Source: Candidatus Latescibacterota bacterium
Lineage (GTDB): Bacteria > Latescibacterota > UBA2968 > GCA-2709665
Length of the DNA stretch: 64,000 nt
Reading direction: 5' to 3'
Assembly (NCBI GenBank): GCA_965219455.1
Contig: OZ244744.1
Location: 2,880,001-2,944,000, forward strand
Every line of letters starts with the position of its first letter. The stretch's first letter is position 1. This document shows, piece after piece, positions 8,988 to 18,197 of the stretch. Made by a program: the position numbers and the translations under genes. The notes beneath the pieces are model-generated. The model did not search any database and was not told the DNA's origin. It saw only the letters and a program-made list of their open reading frames with translations.

Positions 8988-11375
8988 ATGCCGATCCAGC
9001 GATGTCTTCATATGCGGAGACGCGGCACTCGGTTGACTTCAATGGCTTCTGCCTTCCTATGTGTCGGATTCTTCCTCGCGGCGCCGATTGCCGCCGGCAT
9101 GAAGCAGGTTGCCGATAGGCTGTATGAGACGGCGTTGGAGCAGGTGGGAAGTGTCACCGTTAAGGAGAGTCTGAAGGGTTTCCGTGAAGTATTGAAGGCG
9201 GATCGGGACCATGCACTAGCCCATTACGAAATCGCGAAGCTGTATATGTCGCTCGGTACGCCGATGGATCGCCAAAGCGCACGAAATGCACTGAAAACTG
9301 CTTTACGCTTGGACCCGCAAAACATCGCGTATCAAATGAAATTTGCCGAGTTGCTAGGAAAACAAGGATTCTGGTATAATTCGGCGAAGAAATACGAGGA
9401 GATCTCAGTTGCTCATCCTGAAAACGCTGAATCAGCGTTCATGGCGGGATACTATGCCCTTAAGGACTTTGAAAAATACATCGACATGCAATATGCGGAT
9501 ACCGTAGAAGGGATGTTTGAAGGAGAACCAAAGACAAGCCACCTGTTTTATTGGAGGCAATTCGGCGAAAAAGATCGCACAAAGGCAATCGTTCACCTCG
9601 AACATAGTATCAAGATCGACTCGAAATTTAGGGACGCCTATTACTATTTGGGGTTGATTCATTTTGAAAGCGGAAATCCGGAGCTATTGATTCGGATATC
9701 CAATAGACTATTGGCGGAAGTGCCAAACGAAAAGGACGCGCTTCTGTTTATCGGTTTTGGTTACCAAACCCTTGGTGAACAGGAAGCCGCCTTTGGATTT
9801 TACGCACAGGCAATTCGCCAGATGGAACCCGAAGAGCGTGCACTGATGGAGTCCGTCGATCTGGTCGCAACAAAGGACGAAAGGCGCATTCTGCGCGCGA
9901 TGGGTCAGATTCAGTCGATAGAGGCACATCATACCTGGAAGGACAGCCCGGAACTTTCCCGCTTTTGGAAAAAGCGCGATCCGTTGTATCTGACTGAGTT
10001 TAACGAGAGAAGACTGGAACACTATGGCCGGGTGGCTTATGCGAATTTGCGCTTTAGCAGACGCTTGAAGGGCATTCCCGGCTGGCAAACGGCTATGGGC
10101 AAGGCTTATATCAAGTTCGGAAAATACCTGCGTCGAATATCCGAGAGACCGGATTTGGAAAACCCGCACCTGGAGACGTGGTTCTATGAGGGATTTTCGA
10201 TATCGTTTCGCAATTGGGACGGGTTTGACGCCTGGCGTTTCGATACGACTCCCTTTCGGATCTCAGGTCAATATGTGTTCAACCGTACGCCATCTTACTA
10301 TTCCGACCCATATCGGGGCAGCAAATACAGAATTCCATATCAGTTAGTAAGTTTCAGGGACAAAAATCGCCACCGAGTGGAACTCTCTTATGTAGTGCCG
10401 AAGTACAATGTATCTGTCTCGAATGTGGACAGCACAGTTGTGCTAGAGAACGGCGTATTCCTTTTCGACGAGCACTGGAGCGAGGTATATCGAAAGCCGT
10501 CAGATCTCAAGCTGCGGTGGCCCGTATTGACAAAAAGCAGGTATGCGACTGCTGACAGTTTGTGGGGAAATCACCTGATGTTTCACAAGGTGTTCAGGGT
10601 GGCGCCCGGAACCTACCATTTCGTGGGAGAAGTGCGGGACAGGACGCGTGGATCGATAGGGACATTTCGGGAACAGCGCAGGTTGGAAGTAGCAGATTCT
10701 TTGCTGTCTATAAGCGATTTGATGCTAGCCAAGCAGATCGAAACGCGAACGCCGTTTCCGGCGGGAAGGAACGATTTAAAGGTCATGGCGAATCCACTGC
10801 GGACCTACCATCGGTCGGAGCCCGCATTTATCTATCTCGAGTTGTACAATCTCAAGCGGGACCGGTACGGGCGCGCGGAGTATGAAATCACCTATCGTAT
10901 AGGCCCTCCTGAAGAGGAGGAGATCGATCCGTACCTTTTCATCGCGCAGCGGTTGTCTGAAGGCGGTATTCAATTGGAAGTAACCCGCGGACAAAAGAGA
11001 CGAGAGGGGGAAATGGTCCGACGAACACGAATAGATGATAATGAGGCTTCGACGGATATGTTTATAAGAAGCCGAGACTTGAGCCCGGAGCTGTTTGAAC
11101 AGGAACCAGAAGAGGAAGTGAAGTACCGGGTTCGGTACGTGTTTCCGGAAGAGGATGAACTTGCCAGCCGGATTAAGAGGATGGGTCGGAGCAAAGAGGG
11201 CGTGGAAACGACGGTCACGGCCCAGTACGAGGGCAGCCGGGAGGATGACTTCACGTATCTGCAGATTGACCTGAGCCACGTGCCTGCAGGCGTGCACCGC
11301 CTATCGGTGCGGGTCAGGGACATGCATAACGATCAGGTTGTTTCACGCCACGCGTTGTTTCGAGTGATTGAATGA
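8988..11375 (+). CDS. TPR + GWxTD-domain exported protein, subfamily B (B1)
   Basis: RBS GAGGGG before ATG 8988 (MPI start shared with B2); signal peptide ending AAPIAAG; TPRs; FWKKRDP..FNE..EHYGRVAYANLRF..GWQTAMGKAYIKFG. Confidence 0.85.
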   Translation: MPIQRCLHMRRRGTRLTSMASAFLCVGFFLAAPIAAGMKQVADRLYETALEQVGSVTVKESLKGFREVLKADRDHALAHYEIAKLYMSLGTPMDRQSARNALKTALRLDPQNIAYQMKFAELLGKQGFWYNSAKKYEEISVAHPENAESAFMAGYYALKDFEKYIDMQYADTVEGMFEGEPKTSHLFYWRQFGEKDRTKAIVHLEHSIKIDSKFRDAYYYLGLIHFESGNPELLIRISNRLLAEVPNEKDALLFIGFGYQTLGEQEAAFGFYAQAIRQMEPEERALMESVDLVATKDERRILRAMGQIQSIEAHHTWKDSPELSRFWKKRDPLYLTEFNERRLEHYGRVAYANLRFSRRLKGIPGWQTAMGKAYIKFGKYLRRISERPDLENPHLETWFYEGFSISFRNWDGFDAWRFDTTPFRISGQYVFNRTPSYYSDPYRGSKYRIPYQLVSFRDKNRHRVELSYVVPKYNVSVSNVDSTVVLENGVFLFDEHWSEVYRKPSDLKLRWPVLTKSRYATADSLWGNHLMFHKVFRVAPGTYHFVGEVRDRTRGSIGTFREQRRLEVADSLLSISDLMLAKQIETRTPFPAGRNDLKVMANPLRTYHRSEPAFIYLELYNLKRDRYGRAEYEITYRIGPPEEEEIDPYLFIAQRLSEGGIQLEVTRGQKRREGEMVRRTRIDDNEASTDMFIRSRDLSPELFEQEPEEEVKYRVRYVFPEEDELASRIKRMGRSKEGVETTVTAQYEGSREDDFTYLQIDLSHVPAGVHRLSVRVRDMHNDQVVSRHALFRVIE

Positions 11376-11522
11376 GATTATTGGGATAGCGGATGCAATA
11401 CAAGCACCCAAAGGCCTACAATGAGCATCAGGATGCGCATTTACATCGGAAAAGCCGGACGCATCGACTCTGAGAGGCACTTCGGATTCTATCGTCCCTT
11501 TGTTCGCGTTGCATGTTGTGAA

Positions 11523-13949
11523 ATGCCGATCCGGCGAAAGCATGACTGGCAGCGACGCCGCATACGGTCGATTTCAATGGCTTCCGTCTTGTTGTGCCTC
11601 GGATTTTGTCTCGCGGCGCCGATTGCCGCCGGAGTGAAGCAGGTTGCCGATAGGCTGTATGAGACGGCGTTGGAGCAGGTGGGAAGTGTCACCGCGAAGG
11701 AGAGTCTGGAGGCCTTCCGGCAAGTATTGAGGGAGAATCGGGACTTTGCGCCAGCCCATTATGAAATCGCAAAACTGTATATGTCCCTTGACACCCCCAT
11801 GGACCGCCAGAGCGCCTGGAAGGCCGTTAAAAATGCCGTTCGTCTAGATCGTGACAATGTGACCTATCGCCTCGCGAAGGGGGATATCTTGTGGGTGCAG
11901 GGATCCTGGCACAATGCCGTAAACGAGTACAAGAAGGTTCTGGAGTTCGATCCCAAAAACGCAAAGGCAGCCTACATGATCGGGCACTATGGAATCAAGA
12001 ACTTCATGAAATATTACGATATGGCAATGACGAGCATGGTGTCGCCAATCGACAGGAGAGAAGGCGCCACGCGTGCCAGACACTCGTTTAGAGGTTTCGG
12101 CATTGAGGAACTGAATGAAGCCGTATCGTACTTGAAGACGTGTATCGAGGCAGACCCCCATTTCAAAGATGCGTATTTCCAACTCGGGCTTGCCTGCCTT
12201 GAGACGAATAGGCCCATAGAACTGATTCGAGTGGCCAACCTGCTTTTGGAGCGCGCCCGTGATGACAAGGATGCGCTGCTCTTCTGCGGGCTCGGATATC
12301 AGGCATTGGGCGAAGAAGCATTGGCGCATGAATTCTATACCAGGGCGCTTCGAAGAATGGCGCCGGATGAGCGGGCAATGATGGAATCGGTAGAGAGCAT
12401 TATGCCGGACGAGGACCGTGCGAAGCTGGATGACTTTCCTCCTGGGCAGGAGGCCGTCGGAGGTGCGCCTCAACCCTGGGTAGATACTGTGGAGCGAGTT
12501 CGATTCTGGCGGCGGCAGGATCCACTGTTTCTGACTGAATTCAATGAACGCCGCATGGAGCATTACGGCCGTGTAGCTTACGCAAATCTGCGGTTCAGCC
12601 GACCCTCAATGGGCATTGAGGGATGGCGGACGGATATGGGCAGAGCGTACATACGACTGGGACGATATCTTAGCCGAAAAGTGCGGCGACCGGAGATCAG
12701 TTCTGGCCCGATAGACTACACCTATACCTTCCGGCAGACGCCACCGATGCGCTGGCAGTTCTCCATACAGAAGGAGACGTGGTTTTACGAGGGTTTTCGG
12801 GTTGATTTTCAGATATCGGATGGATTCCACGGCTTCTCTCCATCTCGTTTACCGGATCAGCCGCGGTATGTCGATCCTTATGGTCGGAAGAAATACAACG
12901 TTCCTCACCAGGTCGCAAGCTTCAAGGATGGGGACAGCCTCCGCGTGGAACTGGCGTATGCGCTGCCGAAATACAATGTGACCGTATCGGATTCGGGCAG
13001 GAGCATTGCACTGGAGAACGGCGTATTCCTGTTCAACGAGCACTGGGACGAGGTGTATCGCAAGCGGTCGGATCTCAAACTGAGGTGGCCCGAGATAACT
13101 ACCAGCGGAATTCCCGTTTCGGACAGCTTACGCAAAAATCACCTGGTGTTTCAGTTGGCATTCGAGGTTCCGGCCGGCACCTACCATCTCGTTGGCGAGG
13201 TGCGGGACCGGAAGCAGGGATCGATCGGGACGTTTCGGGAACAACGCAGGTTCGAGACGGGGGATTCTTCGCTGTGGATGAGCGATCTGTTGCTGGCGGC
13301 GCGGATTGAAACCCGTACCCCGTTTCCGGAAGGTCGTTCGGATCTGGACATTGTGGCGAATCCGCTGAGGACCTACCATCGGTCCGAACCTGCGTTCATC
13401 TACCTGGAGGTTTACAACCTGGAGCGGGACGAATTCGGCCGATCGGAGTACGAGATCGCGTATCGGATAGGCCGGCCGGAGCAGAAGAAGATCGATCCGT
13501 ACCTGTTCGTGGCGCAACGGTTGCCGGAAGGGGGTAAGCAATTGGAGGTGACGCGCGTTTCCAAGACGCGTGAGACGGGCATACGCCGGCCATTGCGAGC
13601 GGCGGACGAAGAAGAACAGCCTCATCAGGGTTTGCCGGTCGGGCCACAAGAGGTGGTTCCGGACTTTTTTGACGCACAGAGGAAGGATGAGTTGACGTAC
13701 CGGGCAAGATTCGTGTTTCCGGAAGAGGATGAACTTGCCAGCCGGATCAAGAAGATGGGTCGAAGCAAAGACGGTGTAGAGACGACGATCACGGCGCGGT
13801 ATGAGGGGGACCGCGAGGACGATTTCACGTATCTGCAGATTGACCTGAGCCACGTGCCTGCAGGCGTGCACCGCCTATCGGTGCGGGTCAGGGACGTGCA
13901 TAACGATCAGGTTGTTTCACGCCACGCTTTGTTCCGCGTGATCGAGTGA
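11523..13949 (+). CDS. TPR + GWxTD-domain exported protein, subfamily B (B2)
   Basis: Paralogue of B1; GWRTDMGRAYIRLG motif; start chosen by homology to B1 (MPI). Confidence 0.85.
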   Translation: MPIRRKHDWQRRRIRSISMASVLLCLGFCLAAPIAAGVKQVADRLYETALEQVGSVTAKESLEAFRQVLRENRDFAPAHYEIAKLYMSLDTPMDRQSAWKAVKNAVRLDRDNVTYRLAKGDILWVQGSWHNAVNEYKKVLEFDPKNAKAAYMIGHYGIKNFMKYYDMAMTSMVSPIDRREGATRARHSFRGFGIEELNEAVSYLKTCIEADPHFKDAYFQLGLACLETNRPIELIRVANLLLERARDDKDALLFCGLGYQALGEEALAHEFYTRALRRMAPDERAMMESVESIMPDEDRAKLDDFPPGQEAVGGAPQPWVDTVERVRFWRRQDPLFLTEFNERRMEHYGRVAYANLRFSRPSMGIEGWRTDMGRAYIRLGRYLSRKVRRPEISSGPIDYTYTFRQTPPMRWQFSIQKETWFYEGFRVDFQISDGFHGFSPSRLPDQPRYVDPYGRKKYNVPHQVASFKDGDSLRVELAYALPKYNVTVSDSGRSIALENGVFLFNEHWDEVYRKRSDLKLRWPEITTSGIPVSDSLRKNHLVFQLAFEVPAGTYHLVGEVRDRKQGSIGTFREQRRFETGDSSLWMSDLLLAARIETRTPFPEGRSDLDIVANPLRTYHRSEPAFIYLEVYNLERDEFGRSEYEIAYRIGRPEQKKIDPYLFVAQRLPEGGKQLEVTRVSKTRETGIRRPLRAADEEEQPHQGLPVGPQEVVPDFFDAQRKDELTYRARFVFPEEDELASRIKKMGRSKDGVETTITARYEGDREDDFTYLQIDLSHVPAGVHRLSVRVRDVHNDQVVSRHALFRVIE

Positions 13950-14204
13950 ACAGGCTTATGGGATTGTGGCATGGCCAACGACGTTCCTTATTGCCCCCGA
14001 TGGGAAAATCATCGGGAAAAACCTGCGAGTCGTAGGGCTGGCCGATCTCGTGAAGGAAAAAATATCCGCGTATGAATCTCAATAGCGCGGGAACAAACGT
14101 GTTCCGATTACCGTCCCGCGGAGATTCGGACCTGGAGAAGATCGCGCATTACCCCTATTTGGACATTCGCTCTTTCCAATCCATTTGACGGAGCCCTGGG
14201 AACG

Positions 14205-15236
14205 ATGAGACGATATACAATTGTCGTGTTGCTTGCCCTTGGCGCGATGCTGACGGCGAGGCAGCTTCTGACAGCCCAGGCCGCCCGCAACGCGGATTTC
14301 GACGCCAATGGGATCGTGGATTTTGGGGACTTCATTCTGTTCGCGCAGGCTTTCGGGTCGAATCAATCAAGTTTCGACCTCGACGGCAACGGAAGCGTGG
14401 ACTTTCCCGATTTTGTCCTCTTTGCGAAGCGGTTTGGCGAGGGTATGCCGGAAGAGGATATCACTATAACGCTTCCGAGGGGGATAAAGCTGGAAATGGT
14501 GTGGATACAGCCGGGCAGGTTTCTGATGGGTTCGCCTCTTACAGAACCAGAACGAGATGACGACGAGGGTCCCCAACATGAAGTCACGATCACGAAGGGG
14601 TTCTATCTGGGCAAATACGAAGTCACGCAGGCACAGTGGGAGAGCGTGATGAATACGCGCCCGTGGGCGAGGTCCGGGGCATCCGGAGATCCGAAAAAGG
14701 GAGACTTCCCTGCTTTTTTTGTGCGCTGGGAGGACGTTGAGACGTTTGTTCGCAGATTGAACGAAACGGAGGGAAAGGATATTTTCCGATTGCCCACCGA
14801 GGCGGAGTGGGAATACGCGTGCAGGGCCGGGACAACGAGTCCATGGTCGATCGGCGACGACTTGACCCGAGTCAGTGATTACGCACGCTATTATGAAAAC
14901 TCACGAACTGCGACTGTACAGGAGGATGGGCGCGTCGTCTACGGAAGTCCGGAGGCGCAGGAAGCAGGGGGCGTGTTTCCGAACCCATGGGGCCTTTACG
15001 ATATGCACGGGAACGTACGGGAGTTGGTGCAGGATTTCTACGGGCCGTATCCGGCAACGCCGCAGACAGATCCCACGGGGCCAGAAGCACCCGTCGAAGG
15101 AGGGCGACCTGAAAACAACCACGTCATACGAGGCGGCTCTCACAACGACAGACCACCGGCGTTGCGGTCGGCGGCACGTCTTCGCGGGGGAGCAAGCATT
15201 CGTACCGGCTTTCGTGTGGTGAAAGAAAACAGATGA
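14205..15236 (+). CDS. Exported dockerin/EF-hand-like + FGE-sulfatase (SUMF1-fold) protein F1
   Basis: Signal peptide; two DxDxNGxVDFxD loops; FLMGS, PQHEV, YEVTQAQW, RLPTEAEWEYACRAG, NPWGLYDMHGNV, RGGS, GFRVV. Confidence 0.88.
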   Translation: MRRYTIVVLLALGAMLTARQLLTAQAARNADFDANGIVDFGDFILFAQAFGSNQSSFDLDGNGSVDFPDFVLFAKRFGEGMPEEDITITLPRGIKLEMVWIQPGRFLMGSPLTEPERDDDEGPQHEVTITKGFYLGKYEVTQAQWESVMNTRPWARSGASGDPKKGDFPAFFVRWEDVETFVRRLNETEGKDIFRLPTEAEWEYACRAGTTSPWSIGDDLTRVSDYARYYENSRTATVQEDGRVVYGSPEAQEAGGVFPNPWGLYDMHGNVRELVQDFYGPYPATPQTDPTGPEAPVEGGRPENNHVIRGGSHNDRPPALRSAARLRGGASIRTGFRVVKENR

Positions 15237-15419
15237 ACGCTGATAAATATAAAGACGTGATTTCTGAGTGGCTGTTCAGGGTCTTGCAAAAGTTGAAAAG
15301 TCAAGGGTAGAGCGTGGAGGTTGCAGGCTGCCTGCCAACTGATGAGGCGACTCCCGTCAAGGGGAGACTGAATGCACCGTCGATCGGGTTCTCGCCCATC
15401 CGTGAATGTCACCGCCTGA

Positions 15420-15575
15420 AGATGAAGCGCATGTGCTGCCCGGCAGGTAGGGGCCCGTGACAGACGCTCGATCATCATCCGACGCGAGCAGGAGATGCTT
15501 CGTCAGCCTGACGCCTGCCTGTGCAGGGCACGGCAGACAGGGCTTCTTCAGAGTCTGGGCGCACGTGTGACGGAC
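15420..15575 (-). repeat. Inverted copy of the 23245-23370 intergenic repeat carrying a 28-bp palindromic insert (15514-15541)
   Basis: Reverse complement matches CCGTCACACGTGCGCCC..CTCTGA.GAAGC^CGTC.GGCTGACGAAGCATCTCCTG at 23248 onward. Confidence 0.7.
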
Positions 15576-15684
15576 GCATTTCGCGGATGATTCCACGGCG
15601 CGTTTTAAGGTCTTGCGGTTTCGGTTTCGGCTTTTTGGATGATCACACGTGAATCCGTTACGATTCGTTGGAGGCTTGCAGATA

Positions 15685-16719
15685 ATGAGACGATATACAA
15701 TTGTCATGTTGCTTGCCATTGGCGCGATGCTGACTGCGTGGCAGCCACTGTTCGCCCAGTCCGCCCGCAACGGGGATTTCGACGCCAACGGAATCGTGGA
15801 TTTCGGGGACTTCATCCTGTTCGCGCAGGCTTTCGGGTCGAATCAACCCCTTTTCGACCTTGACGGCAATGGAAGCGTGGGTTTTTCGGATTTCATCCTG
15901 TTTGCAAAGCGGTTCGGCGAGGGTGCACCGGAAGCGGAGATTACGGTGACGCTGCCCGGCGGCGCAAAGCTGGAGATGGTCTGGATCCAGCCGGGACGCT
16001 TCCTGATGGGGTCGCCCGATTCTGAGCCCGACCGGGACGACCACGAGGGTCCCCGGCATGAAGTCACGATTACAACGGGATTCTACATGGGCAAGCACGA
16101 AGTCACGCAGGCGCAGTGGGAGAGCGTGATGGATACGCGTCCCTGGCTTATGGGAGTGGTTTCTCAGGTTCCCGGTAGAGGGAACTTTCCGTCCAACAGA
16201 ATGCGCTGGCACGAAGTCGAGACATTCATACGTGAATTGAACGAGGCCGAAGGATCGGATATTTTCCGGTTGCCCACCGAGGCGGAGTGGGAATATGCAT
16301 GCAGGGCCGGCACGACGACCCCCTGGTCGTTCGGAGAGAATTCGACCCGAATCGACGATTTCGCGCGTTATTATGAGAACTCACGAAAGACGATCGTTAG
16401 GGATGACGGTAGCATAGCCTACGGAAGTCCGGAGGTGCAGGAAACGGGGGGCACTTTTCCGAACCCGTGGGGCCTATATGATATGCACGGGAATGTACGG
16501 GAACTCGTGCAGGATTACTACGGTCCGTATTCGGAAGAGCCGCAGGTCGATCCCAAAGGGCCCGACGCTCCCACCGGAGGACGCGCTCCGGATGGCGGTC
16601 ACGCTCTGAGAGGAGGATCGAGTTTCGACCGCCCCGCATGGATTCGGTCGGCTGCCCGCTCGTTCGGGTGGATGCCGGACGCTTTCACCGGGTTTCGTGT
16701 GGTGATGGAACATAGATAA
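15685..16719 (+). CDS. Exported dockerin/EF-hand-like + FGE-sulfatase-fold protein F2
   Basis: RBS GGAGG, ATG 15685; tandem paralogue of F1 with the same motifs. Confidence 0.88.
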   Translation: MRRYTIVMLLAIGAMLTAWQPLFAQSARNGDFDANGIVDFGDFILFAQAFGSNQPLFDLDGNGSVGFSDFILFAKRFGEGAPEAEITVTLPGGAKLEMVWIQPGRFLMGSPDSEPDRDDHEGPRHEVTITTGFYMGKHEVTQAQWESVMDTRPWLMGVVSQVPGRGNFPSNRMRWHEVETFIRELNEAEGSDIFRLPTEAEWEYACRAGTTTPWSFGENSTRIDDFARYYENSRKTIVRDDGSIAYGSPEVQETGGTFPNPWGLYDMHGNVRELVQDYYGPYSEEPQVDPKGPDAPTGGRAPDGGHALRGGSSFDRPAWIRSAARSFGWMPDAFTGFRVVMEHR

Positions 16720-17040
16720 ATCCTGAAAAACAACGAGACAAGATTTCTGAGTGGCCGTTCAGGGCTTACAGCAAAACTTCTACGCAAGATACGTACATGT
16801 TTATTCATACTGCTTGCATAGGGTTTCGCGTTAAAGATAAAAAGCCAAGTGTAGGGCATGCGATTACGGCCTGCATGTCCGAGGGACGCAGGCCGGCGCA
16901 GGCAGGGCTGAGCATAGCAGAGCCGCGCCAGGTTATCAGAACCACAAATCGCTTTGTCGGTTTCGGAATTTGCGACGACCTCTCGAGAATTCTCATTTTT
17001 TCTCACTTTGATTCGTTGACTTGCTGGAGATACGTGAACA

Positions 17041-18084
17041 ATGAAACGGTATGCCATTAACCTGCTGCTTGTCTTCGCAGCGCTGCTGACTGCGTGGCAG
17101 CCACTGATCGCCCAGTCTGCCCGCGATGCGGATTTCGACGCCAATGGTATTGTGGACTTTGGGGACTTCATCCTGTTCGCTCAGGCATTCGGGTCGAATC
17201 AGCCCAGTTTCGACCTCGATGGCAGTGGAAGCGTGGATTTTTCGGATTTCATCCTTTTTGCGCAGCGGTTTGGGGAGGGTGTGCCGGAAGAGGATATTTC
17301 GGTGACGCTTCCGGGAGGCGCAAAGCTGGAGATGGTCTGGATCCAACCGGGCAGGTTCCTGATGGGATCGCCCAATTCGGAGCCTGGTCGGAATGAGGAC
17401 GAGGGTCCCCAGCATGAAGTCACCATCACAAAGGGATTCTACCTGGGCAAGTACGAAGTCACGCAGTCGCAGTGGGAAAGCATAATGAATACCCGACCGT
17501 GGGCGAGATTTGGGGCATCTGGAGATCCAGAAAAAGCCAACTACCCGGCCTTCTATATGGAATGGCGGGCCGTCGAGACATTTTTCCGCAGGTTGAATGA
17601 AGCCGAAGGGAAGGATGTCTACCAATTGCCCACGGAGGCCGAGTGGGAATATGCGTGCAGGGCCGGGACCTCAACGCCCTGGTCATTCGGAAAAGATTCG
17701 ACCCAGGTCGGCAGTTACGCGCGCAATTACGAGAACTCGCGTAGCGCCACTGTTCTGGAGAACGGGTTAATTGCGTACGGTAACCCGGAGCCGCAGGAAA
17801 CAGGGGGCGTTTTTCCAAATGCGTGGGGGCTGTACGATATGCACGGGAATGTCTGGGAATGGGTGCGGGATGTTTACGGTCCGTACACAGGAGAACCGCA
17901 GACTGATCCCACAGGACCTGATCGACCTGCGTCCGCTGAATTGGCCGGTTACGCGTATCCGGAGGATCTTTTTGTCGTCAAAGGGGGGTCGTATTCCGAT
18001 ACCGGCCTGGAAGTGCGGTCGGCTGTTCGGAGGAGTGGCTTGCGAAGTCGCACGGGATTTCGTGTGTTAATGGAACGCAGGTAA
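17041..18084 (+). CDS. Exported dockerin/EF-hand-like + FGE-sulfatase-fold protein F3
   Basis: Tandem paralogue; LPTEAEWEYACRAG, GLYDMHGNVWEW, KGGS, GFRVL. Confidence 0.88.
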   Translation: MKRYAINLLLVFAALLTAWQPLIAQSARDADFDANGIVDFGDFILFAQAFGSNQPSFDLDGSGSVDFSDFILFAQRFGEGVPEEDISVTLPGGAKLEMVWIQPGRFLMGSPNSEPGRNEDEGPQHEVTITKGFYLGKYEVTQSQWESIMNTRPWARFGASGDPEKANYPAFYMEWRAVETFFRRLNEAEGKDVYQLPTEAEWEYACRAGTSTPWSFGKDSTQVGSYARNYENSRSATVLENGLIAYGNPEPQETGGVFPNAWGLYDMHGNVWEWVRDVYGPYTGEPQTDPTGPDRPASAELAGYAYPEDLFVVKGGSYSDTGLEVRSAVRRSGLRSRTGFRVLMERR

Positions 18085-18197
18085 ATCTCACGCAGCGGGA
18101 TCAGCCGATATTCAATAGCAGTTTATTCAAGGTTCAGTGTCCTGGAGGGTTGTGATTCAGGACCTCTTGTTCACACGCTGTACCTGGAATTCGTCAA

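Noticed and set aside
8988-9100. Tat signal peptides in B-subfamily proteins
   Set aside because: The n-regions are Arg-rich but lack the S/T-R-R-x-F-L consensus.
14205-18084. Complete diversity-generating retroelement
   Set aside because: No reverse transcriptase, accessory gene or adenine-variant template repeat was seen in the window, and the variable segments differ in length.
14205-18084. Active formylglycine-generating enzymes
   Set aside because: The catalytic cysteine pair after RGGS is absent in all three.
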